This document shows positions 1 through 10,794 of a stretch of 64,000 nucleotides of DNA, in pieces. The stretch's first letter is position 1; the number at the start of each line of letters is the position of its first letter. The notes beneath the pieces were generated by a model. It did not search any database. It was not told where the DNA came from and saw nothing but the letters and a program-made list of their open reading frames with translations. Both the position numbers and the translations under genes were made by a program. Source of the DNA: an uncultured delta proteobacterium (lineage in GTDB: Bacteria > Myxococcota_A > Polyangia > Polyangiales > B10-G4); assembly GCA_963727445.1 (NCBI GenBank), contig CAVSGI010000011.1:32001-96000 (forward strand). The letters run 5' to 3'.

Positions 1-597
1 GGCTCTTCATTCGTCGATGCGACCGGTCATGGCTACGACGGATCTTGCACCGCGTGTCCGAGGCTCGGCGTTCCCGGCCGATCGAACAATGCGGTACGCT
101 TCGACGGCACCAACGCGATCGTCGTCGTCAACACGATCAACTACGGCCCGGGTGATCAAGTGTCCGTCGCCGCATGGGTGCGACACGACAGCGCCGGGTG
201 CGCTTCAGTCAGCGACGCCGAATGCTACGTGGTCGCCAAGAACCAATTCAACAACCTCACCCCTTACAACCTTCAGGTCACGGTGGCTGGGGCGGCGGAG
301 CTCTACGTTGGAGACGTCGGCACCGAAGCAGGCAGCGCCGCCGGCACCGTTGGAGACGGCGCCTGGCACCACCTGGTCGGGACTTTCGATGGAGCCAACA
401 TCGCCCTCTTCGTCGACGGAGCGATGCGCGGCACGGGAACCGGCACACCCCAGTCGAACACCGAGCCGCTCGCGATCGGAGCCTCGGCGACCGGTGCTTC
501 GTACCGGCCATTCGTCGGCGACATCGATGACGTTCGGATCTACGAGCGCGCGCTGTCCGCGGATGAGGTCGCGCAGCTCTACGCGGCCTATCAGTAA
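1..597 (+). CDS. LamG-like jellyroll domain protein, 5' end outside the window
   Basis: Frame 1 is open from base 1 (GSSFVDATGHGYDG...AVRFDG...SVAAWV...WHHLVGTFDG...LFVDG...FVGDIDDVRIYERALSADEV), the typical Laminin_G_3 pattern; stop TAA at 595-597. Confidence 0.85.
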   Translation, partial: GSSFVDATGHGYDGSCTACPRLGVPGRSNNAVRFDGTNAIVVVNTINYGPGDQVSVAAWVRHDSAGCASVSDAECYVVAKNQFNNLTPYNLQVTVAGAAELYVGDVGTEAGSAAGTVGDGAWHHLVGTFDGANIALFVDGAMRGTGTGTPQSNTEPLAIGASATGASYRPFVGDIDDVRIYERALSADEVAQLYAAYQ

Positions 598-941
598 CCG
601 GGCTCACCGGACGCCCGAGTTTCCGAGAAGATGTGACCGCTCACTCGTGACAGATGACGAAGCCGCCGGAGCTCCAACCTGGATAGACGTCCACCTCGAT
701 CTCGTTCGGCGTACCCGTAGGCCAGATGAGGCCCTGATCACAGGTGCGTCCAGCCGCGGCGAAGGTGAGGTTCGCTCTGCCCGGCTCCGGTTTCCAGCCT
801 CCACGGAAGCCAACCCCCCCTCACCGAACGTCCGAGTCTCGCAGTAGGAGCGATTATGTAGCCCCTGGCTCACGGGAGGATGGCGGAAGGCCGTTCATGC
901 TCGTTCATGCTGACTATCAACACCGAACTTGTCGAACTTCG

Positions 942-2315
942 TCACCCCGCGAGGAAGACGCGCCGCACCCAGAGCTCTTGGCCATCCCACCAGGCGACGA
1001 GGAAGCCGAGATCGTCGGTGCCGACGGCGCACATGCCCGGGATGGCCGCAGGAGCGGGCGAGGCGATCGTGACTTCGCTGCCGCGCGGCAGGCCGTCCGG
1101 GCCGATCAGGCGAAAGCGATGCTGGTTTTCGCCACTATCGGCCGTGCTGTAGCAGGTGCCGGCGACCCCCAACTTGTCCGAGCCAGCGACATCCACTGGA
1201 GAGTTGCCGCCGGTCAGCGGCTGGGGCGCGCGCATGGGCCTTCGCTCGAAGGGATCGATCACCTGGAAGCGCGTTTGATCACCGCCCGCTGCCACAATCA
1301 CGACGAAGTCGCGGAGCGCGGCGATGGCGGCCGAGTCGTCCACCACATCGCTGAAGCTGTGAAGAAGCCCGGTCTGTATTGGCTCGCCTGCCATGAACGG
1401 GCTCGAACCGGCGAGGGTCAGTAGATCAGCGGGGCGCGCCTCCTCGGGTGGATGACTGACCAGAACCGCGATTCGGCTCCGAAGGCCGACCGCGTGAATC
1501 GGGGGTGCGTCGAGGGACGCGGGGGATACTCGGAATCCCGCGCCGGTCTCCCGGAACGGGCTGACGGCAAGCATGGCGTCCTCGTCGCGTAGCGCGACCC
1601 AACGGTCGAGGTGCGTGAGTCGCACGAGTGCCAGACTGGCTTGATGCGTGGTGCCGAGATCCATGATCGGCGTGGCCGGTCGGAAGTTCCGGTCGAAGAG
1701 CCGGCCGCTGACCTGGGAGACGTCGCCCTCGAGCTGCTCGCTGGCCACCGCCCAGCGCCCTTCGGCATAGAGCAGCTCGCCACCGCCCGTCATCGGCTGC
1801 TCGAGGACCCGGGTGTCGATCCGCGTTCCGTCGGCGTCGAGAGAGAGGATCACTCCGTGCGGAACCGTGCGGTCGCCCTCCGCGCCACCGAACAATCGCT
1901 GAGCGAGCACGGCCCAGCGGCCCGCGCCCCACGCGATCTCCACGGGTTCGTCGCGCGTGGCGTAGTCGCGCCCCTCGTCCCTGTCCATGATTCGCCGCGG
2001 CTCGCCGAGGGTGCAGCACGGATCCCACGCCGGGATGTTCGGCGGATCGTCCCAGTCTTCGGCCTCGGGGTAGTCGCTCGGTCGCGCGTCACCGCCGAGG
2101 TCGGGATCGGGCTCCGCGGGCAGGACGCCGGGTGATGCGTCACCCGACGCGTCGGCGCCTCCCGCCGCATCCCGGCGCGCGCCGTCCGTTCGCGACGACC
2201 CATCCCGCGATCCCGCATCCCGAACGGACGCATCCTCGCTCCGCTCGTGTGTCGCGTAACACGCGCAGAGCACCACCGACGCCGCGATGAGTGCGGTGTT
2301 GCGCGAAACCCCCAT
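942..2315 (-). CDS. hypothetical lipoprotein
   Basis: MGVSRNTALIAASVVLCAC lipobox-like signal, DAG-rich linker, then a beta-rich domain; I chose the ATG at 2315 over the ORF-track start at 2441. Confidence 0.7.
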   Translation of the reverse strand: MGVSRNTALIAASVVLCACYATHERSEDASVRDAGSRDGSSRTDGARRDAAGGADASGDASPGVLPAEPDPDLGGDARPSDYPEAEDWDDPPNIPAWDPCCTLGEPRRIMDRDEGRDYATRDEPVEIAWGAGRWAVLAQRLFGGAEGDRTVPHGVILSLDADGTRIDTRVLEQPMTGGGELLYAEGRWAVASEQLEGDVSQVSGRLFDRNFRPATPIMDLGTTHQASLALVRLTHLDRWVALRDEDAMLAVSPFRETGAGFRVSPASLDAPPIHAVGLRSRIAVLVSHPPEEARPADLLTLAGSSPFMAGEPIQTGLLHSFSDVVDDSAAIAALRDFVVIVAAGGDQTRFQVIDPFERRPMRAPQPLTGGNSPVDVAGSDKLGVAGTCYSTADSGENQHRFRLIGPDGLPRGSEVTIASPAPAAIPGMCAVGTDDLGFLVAWWDGQELWVRRVFLAG

Positions 2316-2432
2316 GGGATGAGTATGGGGCGCGTCAAGCGTGGTCGCAACGAAGCGTGGGATCCCGTCAATCCACTTTCCCCGGGCAAGTGGGTGGTCT
2401 CGACGCGACTCGGCGCTACTATCCTCTCGGCT

Positions 2433-2584
2433 CTGCGGCACTACACACTGGCATGGAGCTTCGTGGGGCTGGCGGCGCTAAGCGCGTGCCGCGACGGTGA
2501 GGAGTCGACGGACGGCGGCGTCACCGACGGGGCGACCGACGCCGGGATCGCGTCGCCGCCCGACATCCGCTGGCCGGGGCGATC
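2433..2584 (+). pseudogene. N-terminal fragment of a lipoprotein cut by a palindromic repeat
   Basis: LRHYTLAWSFVGLAALSAC-RDGEESTDGGVTDGATDAGIASPPDIRW (signal peptide, lipobox, DAG linker) runs into the GGGGAC repeat at 2585. Confidence 0.55.
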
Positions 2585-2719
2585 GGGGACGGTTCGAACT
2601 TCCGTCACGCGGCGCTGCCCCGGACGCGCGCGTTACGGACGGCGGTCGGGGATGGTTCGGACTTTCCGTCACGCGGCGCTGGACCGAACGCGCGCGTTGC
2701 GGAAGTTCGGACCGTCCCC
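2585..2719. repeat. REP/REPIN-like palindromic element: partial unit 2585-2640 plus complete 72-bp unit 2648-2719
   Basis: Arms GGGGACGGTTCGAACTTCCGTCAC and GGGGATGGTTCGGACTTTCCGTCAC, with inverted arm GTTGCGGAAGTTCGGACCGTCCCC; same family as 4902-4973. Confidence 0.85.
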
Positions 2720-3245
2720 AGACGCCGTCTGGCGGTACGCGCCCAGCCGGCAGGCGTCGCACAGCGCCCGCGGATCGCGCCGGTCCGTCTTCACTTTGCG
2801 GCTTCGCGTGCCGTACATCGGCGCGAAGTTGACTCGACCCTTCGGGTCGTCGACAGGTCTGTACCCGCGCGGCTCCGTGGACTTGCGTCCACTCCGCTTC
2901 GCACGGCTACAGCCATGTTCGGGTCCGCCACGATCACCTCGTGACCCAGCTCCTCGAGCCAGCGAGCCACCCACTCGCTGTCCGTCGACGCCTCCATCAC
3001 GATCTTCGCCCGTGCGCGGTTGGCGAACAGCTTCGCCAGGGCTTCGCGCGTCGTCGCCACGCGCCGCTCCCACAGCTCACCCTCTTTCGTCTGGATGCAG
3101 ACCTGACTTGTCTTCTTGTGAACATCGATGCCAATGTGCTCCACGGCTGGCCTCCACTCTGCGGCTCTTGACCGCGATCAACGTTGTGGGGCTACGGCTA
3201 CCACGTCAGTGGCGGCCAGCCGCTTACATCCCATCTATCAACCTA
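2720..3245 (-). mobile_element. IS110-family remnant: 5' non-coding end and truncated, interrupted transposase
   Basis: GTG at 3144: MEHIGIDVHK...IVMEASTDSEWVARWLEELGHEVIVADPN, continuing after an insertion as FAPMYGTRSRKVKTDRRDPRALCDACRLGAYR (DEDD/RuvC-like N-terminal motifs GIDxH, MEA, KTDxxD); ends at the repeat at 2719; left-end boundary approximate. Confidence 0.85.
2831..2916. mobile_element. 86-bp structured insertion inside the IS110 transposase, flanked by a 3-bp GTT direct repeat
   Basis: Removing 2831-2919 rejoins ...ADPN/FAPMY... in frame; GTT at 2828-2830 and 2917-2919; contains two hairpins. Confidence 0.7.
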
Positions 3246-3330
3246 GTCGACCGCATGGAGTGCGTTCGCATTCTTAGCTTGCGCCGGTACTCCTGCGTGA
3301 CGGCTATCCTCGGCGCAGCTCACTGGATGG

Positions 3331-4236
3331 CTAGAAGCTCAACGTTGCCGTCGTTCCGCTGCCGTTGACGACACCGGGACGGAGGCTCAGCCGAATGGTT
3401 CCGGAATCGTTGAGTGCGACGTCATCGTGCACGACCGACCGGTGGCCGATCAGGCCGATGGTGGCGATGATGATGCCAACCAGATCCAGGCCGAAGGCGA
3501 TCCAGGCGAAGGTCTCTCCAGCGTTGTTGTGGAACGCATCTGCTTCGTATCCGATGTCGTAGGACGACCGGGACTTGCAGGTCTTACCCACGGTGAGCCC
3601 CAAGATTCCGCCGATGACGGGGATGAGCCCCGTGCCGACGGCTGCTCCGCGACATCCAGAGTTGTATTCGGTGTCATCCGACGACACTGTCGCCGTCATG
3701 ATCACTTTCGGCACGTAAGCCGCGATGAAGAACCCGACGGCCGACCAGATGTAGCCCCATCGGGGCGAGTATCCGTAGTGCGGATTGAGGGCCGGGGACG
3801 GCGGCCCGTTCGAGGATGGCCAGGTCGCGGCGCCGGTCGCGGGCACGGTGCCAGGTGCCGCCATCGGCGCCGCCGGTGTGGTGGGTGTGGTGGGCGTCGC
3901 GACGTCGCTCGTTTGCTGCCATCCCGTCGCCGACGGTTGTGTCTGCGTGGTGGGAGTCGTCGGCGTAGGCGTCGGAGTGATGGGCGCCGGTGTGGTAGCA
4001 GGGCCAGGCGTCGCCGCGGGCGCGCCGGCGACGCACTGCGGTCCCGAGGCCTGCATTCCGGCCGGACACTGCGGCGTTCCGATGCAGTTGTGCGCGGGGC
4101 CGAGCGACTGCCCGGGCCAACAGCAGACCCCCTGCACCGAGACGAGCCCGCCCTGGCATTGGGCTTCGCTGGTTCGCGCTATGGCGGTGACCGCGACCGC
4201 GAGGGACAGCGCCCCGACGATGGAGCTCCACTTCAT
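3331..4236 (-). CDS. secreted/membrane protein with Cys-rich CCWPGQ domain, Pro/Thr linker and C-terminal hydrophobic segments
   Basis: Signal peptide ending in SEA-Q; CQGGLVSVQGVCCWPGQSLGPAHNCIGTPQCPAG; PT-rich linker; three hydrophobic stretches; ends in F. Confidence 0.8.
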   Translation of the reverse strand: MKWSSIVGALSLAVAVTAIARTSEAQCQGGLVSVQGVCCWPGQSLGPAHNCIGTPQCPAGMQASGPQCVAGAPAATPGPATTPAPITPTPTPTTPTTQTQPSATGWQQTSDVATPTTPTTPAAPMAAPGTVPATGAATWPSSNGPPSPALNPHYGYSPRWGYIWSAVGFFIAAYVPKVIMTATVSSDDTEYNSGCRGAAVGTGLIPVIGGILGLTVGKTCKSRSSYDIGYEADAFHNNAGETFAWIAFGLDLVGIIIATIGLIGHRSVVHDDVALNDSGTIRLSLRPGVVNGSGTTATLSF

Positions 4237-4643
4237 GATTGACCTCCGTCGACGGGGCCGAGCCCGTTCATGAGGGACATCACCAGCGCTTGATATTCAT
4301 CGCGCAGGGCCTTCGGGATCTTGAAGCCGTCACCGCGACGCTGGACGTAGCCGCCGGACGCGGTGACCAGGATCCAGCCTTCCCGGTAGAGCTGCACCGT
4401 GAACTGTGACGCGCTTCCCCTATGGACGTAGCTGGCGCCCACCACGATCTGACCGCGGGCGGGATCGACCGTGACCGGCTGGTAGCCCTGAGCCGACAGC
4501 AGCTGTGAGACCCGGTTGAAGAGGTCTCCCTGCGGAACGCGGCCATAGGGGCCGACGGTGTAGACCGGGGATTGCCCCCACCCGCATCCTCCGATGCCAA
4601 CCCCAATCATCAGCGCGATTCCCAGCGCCCACATCGCCTTCAT
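4233..4643 (-). CDS. hypothetical lipoprotein
   Basis: Hydrophobic signal ending in IGGC; 4-bp stop/start overlap with the next gene. Confidence 0.8.
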   Translation of the reverse strand: MKAMWALGIALMIGVGIGGCGWGQSPVYTVGPYGRVPQGDLFNRVSQLLSAQGYQPVTVDPARGQIVVGASYVHRGSASQFTVQLYREGWILVTASGGYVQRRGDGFKIPKALRDEYQALVMSLMNGLGPVDGGQS

Positions 4644-4681
4644 GAACGACCCTCCCCGCGGGGGCGTATATCACATACATC

Positions 4682-4901
4682 CTAGGGAGCGACACAGTCG
4701 TCCCCCGGCGCAGCGAACCCCCACGGACACTGCGGGGCCCTGCGCAGCGCGTGTACTCGTCGCTCCAGCTCTGCCCGGGCCAACAGCACTGACGGCGGTC
4801 TCCTCCGTGACGACCTTCCCGTCGGGACAGTTGGCGCCGGTCGTCGTCGTCCCTTGCGTGGTGGACGCGTCGACGGTCGCCGTGCCGGCGGGGACGAAGA
4901 A
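4682..4901 (-). pseudogene. C-terminal fragment of a CCWPGQ-domain protein, frameshifted, with its 5' part lost at the repeat
   Basis: Joining three frames gives FFVPAG...NCPDGKVVTEETA/QCCWPGQSWSDEYTRCAGP/QCPWGFAAPGDDCVAP*, paralogous to the 3331-4236 domain. Confidence 0.65.
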
Positions 4902-4973
4902 GGGGACGGTCCGAATTTCCGTAACGCCAGGCCCCGGAAAACACCCCCAGTTACGGAAGTTCGAACCGTCCCC
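4902..4973. repeat. REP/REPIN-like 72-bp hairpin (24-bp arm, 24-bp spacer, 24-bp inverted arm)
   Basis: GGGGACGGTCCGAATTTCCGTAAC...GTTACGGAAGTTCGAACCGTCCCC; the arms differ at 2 of 24 positions. Confidence 0.9.
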
Positions 4974-5056
4974 GTTCGCCCTCCGCGTCGCGATGGGATC
5001 CAGGACCCGGGTGGGACGGAGTTCGCCGCGCGCGGGCGAGGCGGATACCATAGGCC

Positions 5057-6454
5057 ATGGCCCGAAGTTGCCACAGCAGTAGCGATGGCCGCCTCGTTCG
5101 GGTTGAAGCTAGAGCCCGTTGGCCGTCCTTCGTCGCTCCTCATTGCGAGCGACACCACATCCTTCGCGCTCCTCCGTTCCGGAATCGTGGTCGTTCATTC
5201 ACCTTTGCCCTGCTCGGCCTCGCGTGGATCGTTTGCGGCGCCGCGTGCGGGCGCATCGATTACGACGTCGACCCCGGTCAGCTCGATGGCGCGGCTGACG
5301 CCGATGCACGCGCAATGGAGGCCGGAACGGAAGACGCGCAACCCGACGTCGATGCGGGCTCCGTGGATGCGGGCTCCGTGGATGCGACTGTTGAAGACGC
5401 CGGAGCCCGGCCGCTCGCGCTCGCGGCTGGATATGGTCACACCTGCGCCACACGCGCGTCCGGACAGCTCGCGTGTTGGGGCTCCAACGTCCGGGGTCAG
5501 CTCGGCGACGGCACCACGGAGAACCAAGCCCTCCCCACAGATGTCGCCGCGTCGTCCGAAGCCGTCGCGCTCGCTGGTGGATACGCGTTCACGTGCGCGG
5601 TGCTCGCTTCGGGCTCGACGGAGTGCTGGGGCGCCAACGGCTCCGGCCAGCTCGGCGATGGCACCACCGAAGACCATCTCACGCCTCTTCCGGTCACGGA
5701 CCTCGTCGACGTCGTCCAGCTCGTCGCCGGCGGCTCTTTCGCCTGCGTCCGCCGCTCCGTGCTCGATCCCGTCTGCTGGGGTCTGAACACCTCCGGGCAA
5801 AGCGGTGACGGAACCACGGTACAACACCTCACGCCTGCGCTTTCCTCGGTCGGCACCGTGACCGACATCAGCGCGGGGTCCTCGCACACCTGTGCAGTGC
5901 TGCCGAGCGGCGCGGCTCGATGTTGGGGCCGCAATATCCACGGCCAGCTCGGTAACGGCACGACGACCGACTCCTCCGTTCCCGTCGAAGTCGTGGGGCT
6001 GAGCGGCGTCGTCGAGATCTCCGCAGGAGGCTCGCACAGTTGCGCGCGACTCGCGTCGGGGGCGGTGTCCTGTTGGGGCGAGAACATCCACGGTGAGCTC
6101 GGTGACGATACGACGACCGGGCGACTCGTGCCCGTCGCCGTAGTGGGGATGACCGATGCAGTGCAGCTGGTCGCGTCGGATTGGTTCACGTGTGCCCGCT
6201 TGGCCTCCGGCGAGGTCGCGTGCTGGGGCAACAACACGTCCGGGCAGCTGGGTGACGGCACAACCACCAGTCGTTCGGTCCCAGCGCTCGTGCTCGGCAT
6301 CTCCGATGCGATTGACATCGCGGCGGGAGACGCTCATGCTTGCGCTCGCGAAGCGCCCGGAGCCGTCGTATGCTGGGGCAGCAACACCCTCGGCCAGCTC
6401 GGGGACGGCACGACCAGCCAGCGTCCCAGCCCGGTCGAGGTCGTGGGCCTCTGA
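5057..6454 (+). CDS. RCC1/BLIP-II repeat lipoprotein
   Basis: Seven repeats of AGxxHTCA...CWGxNxxGQLGDGTT; lipobox GAAC-GRIDY; true start uncertain and possibly downstream of 5057. Confidence 0.9.
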   Translation: MARSCHSSSDGRLVRVEARARWPSFVAPHCERHHILRAPPFRNRGRSFTFALLGLAWIVCGAACGRIDYDVDPGQLDGAADADARAMEAGTEDAQPDVDAGSVDAGSVDATVEDAGARPLALAAGYGHTCATRASGQLACWGSNVRGQLGDGTTENQALPTDVAASSEAVALAGGYAFTCAVLASGSTECWGANGSGQLGDGTTEDHLTPLPVTDLVDVVQLVAGGSFACVRRSVLDPVCWGLNTSGQSGDGTTVQHLTPALSSVGTVTDISAGSSHTCAVLPSGAARCWGRNIHGQLGNGTTTDSSVPVEVVGLSGVVEISAGGSHSCARLASGAVSCWGENIHGELGDDTTTGRLVPVAVVGMTDAVQLVASDWFTCARLASGEVACWGNNTSGQLGDGTTTSRSVPALVLGISDAIDIAAGDAHACAREAPGAVVCWGSNTLGQLGDGTTSQRPSPVEVVGL

Positions 6455-6535
6455 GTGGTGTCGTGCCGGGCTGGCGGGACCTCAGCTGCGTCGCGTCGCG
6501 GCGCGTGAGGAGAGCGAGGCCGACGTGATTGTCCG

Positions 6536-7130
6536 GTGAGCGAGCGGTTGTCGTACGACGTCGAGCGTCGCTATCGGGTGTGGCTCTGGCTCGCTCCTCA
6601 CGATGCGCCACGGCTCTGGAACTGGGCGGTGTGGAGCCGCATCGAGCCCTCGCTTCGACCGCTCGTTCGGTCCGACCGCGGAGAGACGATTGTCGAGGCG
6701 CATCACTTCGCGCAACAAGAAGCGGAGGACGCAGAGCCTCCGCTGGAAGGCCGCCGCCCACGAGCGGTGGACCCACCGCTCTCCGAAGAGCGCGAGCACG
6801 GAGCCCACGTTCGATGGCATGCGTGCGTTCGCGCCCAGCCTCGACCTCTGCGACGAACGGCCGTTCGACGCGATGCTCGCGCTGGACGATTCCCGGCGGT
6901 GGACGACCGGCGAGCACCCGCTGAGGTACTCCTGGTCGCCGCTCCTGGCAATCGCCGAGGACACCGGGATTGACGCGCGGTCCGGTCTTCCGTGATCCCA
7001 AGGGGCCCACCGAGGCACGTCGTCGAGGCCGAAGGCCTCTCCCCGCCCTGGGAGGTCGTGTACGCCCGCGAGCCGGTCGGCGCCGAGACCCGCGAGGACC
7101 GGAGAGCCGCCGCCCTGATCGCCGAGGTCC
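6536..7130 (+). pseudogene. frameshifted hypothetical protein
   Basis: Trp-rich coding segments in successive frames (6536: YRVWLWLAPHDAPRLWNWAVWSRIEP; 6603 frame: HERWTHRSP...LLAIAED; 6992 frame with GC3-rich codons). Confidence 0.4.
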
Positions 7131-7192
7131 TCACATCGCGTACAACTCCCGCGAGCTTGCGCGCGAGCGCGACGGCCGCGATCCGCTCGCCG
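7131..7192 (-). mobile_element. degenerate C-terminal remnant of an IS110-family transposase
   Basis: Reads GERIAAVALARKLAGV then, after a frameshift, YAM*; matches the IS110 C-terminal AxxALARKLAxxLYAM motif. Confidence 0.6.
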
Positions 7193-7334
7193 CTACATGC
7201 GCACGGGGGGATCCGAGTAGCGACGTGCATCCTGTGCGTCTTGATCTGCACGGGGCGCTCCGCGGCATGACGAGGACAGGTCCGCCAGGCGTTAGGCGCC
7301 TGAGTCTCTCGGCGCTCGAGGCTCGGCCCCCGGC

Positions 7335-7670
7335 TCAGCGGCGCAGGCACGCGCGTTCGGTCGCGTACCCTTCGCCGTCGGCGTGTGTCCACTCGGCCTC
7401 GCCGCACGTGAAGCCCTCGCCGCAGTCCGCGTCCGTCTGGCACCGGCGTGTGCAGTAGTGGCCGTCCGAAGCGGACAGGCAGCGGACCTCGCGCGGCGAG
7501 CCGTGGCAGTCCGCACTCTCCGCGCACGGTCCACCGAGCTCCGAGCCGCCGGCCAGCCCACGGCAGTCCCGGTAGGTCGCGAAGCCGGCGAGCGCGAGCA
7601 GGCCGATCCCGACGAGGATCGCGTTGCGCTTCGTGAACCGCCTGCGTGGGGTGCGGGTGCTGGTGGTCAC
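7335..7670 (-). CDS. small Cys-rich membrane-anchored protein
   Basis: N-terminal TM helix, then GGPCAESADC...C...YCTRRCQTDADCGEGFTC...C. Confidence 0.75.
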   Translation of the reverse strand: MTTSTRTPRRRFTKRNAILVGIGLLALAGFATYRDCRGLAGGSELGGPCAESADCHGSPREVRCLSASDGHYCTRRCQTDADCGEGFTCGEAEWTHADGEGYATERACLRR

Positions 7671-7928
7671 GGCGGCATGCTACCACGCACGGATCGGCGC
7701 CCCGCTTCGATGGCGTGTGGGGTGGAAGGCTCGATCAGCGGAGCGAGCTCGCCCCGCTCGTCGAGACGAAGGCGTCGACCGGACCCGTCCACGTCCCGTC
7801 GCAATCCGCGTAGAGCGTCGGGAGGTCGCCCTCACCTCGAATGTGCGCTGCACGTCCTTCGGTTTCCCTCCTTGCGAACGCGACCGACGCCCGTCGCGAT
7901 CTCCCCTTCCACGTCATTGGACCAGGCA

Positions 7929-8717
7929 CTAGCGGCAGGGGGCGGCGATGGTGCTGCCGCGCGCGTTGCACTCCCACACGCCGCCGGGGCCGGGGCTCAT
8001 CGCGCAGGAGTCGATGTAGAAGCCGCTCACGCCGCAGTCCGGGACGCTCGTCTGCCAGCCTTCGGTCAGCGTGCAGGCGCTCCCGGAGTCCGCACCGCTC
8101 GGCACGCAACCGCCCAGCGCGGTCCAGCGCTGCTCTTCGGTGCCGTCGCAGTTGTAGTCGAAATCGACGGCCGCCGGCGCCCCTGGGATCGGCGTGTCCC
8201 GATAGCCGCTCACCCCTGGGCTGACTCCATCGTTTTCGTCGTTGCAGTCGACCCAGCTCGAGACGGTGGTCCAGGTCGCGGCGGTGGCGCCGGATGGGCA
8301 CGAGCTCGGCGGCGTCGTGGGCGCCGCGCAGGCCATCGTCGTCTCGGCGCCTGAAGGCGGATAGCGGTCGCCGTCGCAGTCCGCGTAAAAGGTGACGTCC
8401 ATCGTGCACGCGTCGGCATCGGCGTCGCCACTGGTATCGGCGTCCGCGTCGCCGCTCGCGTCTGCGACTGCGTCAGCGCTCGCATCGTCGCCGCTCGCGT
8501 CTGCGTCGGCGTCGGCGGTCGCGTCCATGGACCCGTCCGCGACCGCGGAATCGGGGCCCGCGTCCGGGATGGTGGCATCCGGCGCCCCGCCGTCCCCACC
8601 CGCGTCCGAGCTCGCGTCGGCGGAACCGTCGGGCAGCGGCACGCGCCGGCCGTCATCGCCACAGGCGAGAAGCAGCGACGAAAGCAGGATCAACATGACG
8701 AGCGGAAAAGAGCGCAC
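7929..8717 (-). CDS. Cys-rich lipoprotein with a MopE-like putative metal-binding motif
   Basis: LLAC lipobox, DA-rich linker, FYADCDGDRY...DCNDENDGVSPG...DYNCDG. Confidence 0.8.
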   Translation of the reverse strand: MRSFPLVMLILLSSLLLACGDDGRRVPLPDGSADASSDAGGDGGAPDATIPDAGPDSAVADGSMDATADADADASGDDASADAVADASGDADADTSGDADADACTMDVTFYADCDGDRYPPSGAETTMACAAPTTPPSSCPSGATAATWTTVSSWVDCNDENDGVSPGVSGYRDTPIPGAPAAVDFDYNCDGTEEQRWTALGGCVPSGADSGSACTLTEGWQTSVPDCGVSGFYIDSCAMSPGPGGVWECNARGSTIAAPCR

Positions 8718-8772
8718 GACGACCTCCGGGGCTCATCGACGTGATGGGCCCGCTGGATATTCTGCGATGAAA

Positions 8773-10695
<1,923 letters not shown>

Positions 10696-10794
10696 TCGTC
10701 CCTCGAAGAGAGCCTGGGAACGGGGACTCTCCAGCGGATGCCATTGAACCCGCCAGGCCCCCGGAAAGTCAATATTATTCGCGGCAAGATGGGG

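Noticed and set aside
604..873. Short minus-strand ORF or gene remnant after the LamG gene
   Set aside because: No recognisable motif or convincing start; a second frame looks partly coding but cannot be supported
2585..2719. Possible mini CRISPR array
   Set aside because: The arms include an inverted copy, the two spacers resemble each other, and there are no cas genes; a REP-like hairpin fits better
7735..7830. LYADCDG echo of the motif in the 7929-8717 lipoprotein
   Set aside because: Too short to distinguish a paralogue relic from chance
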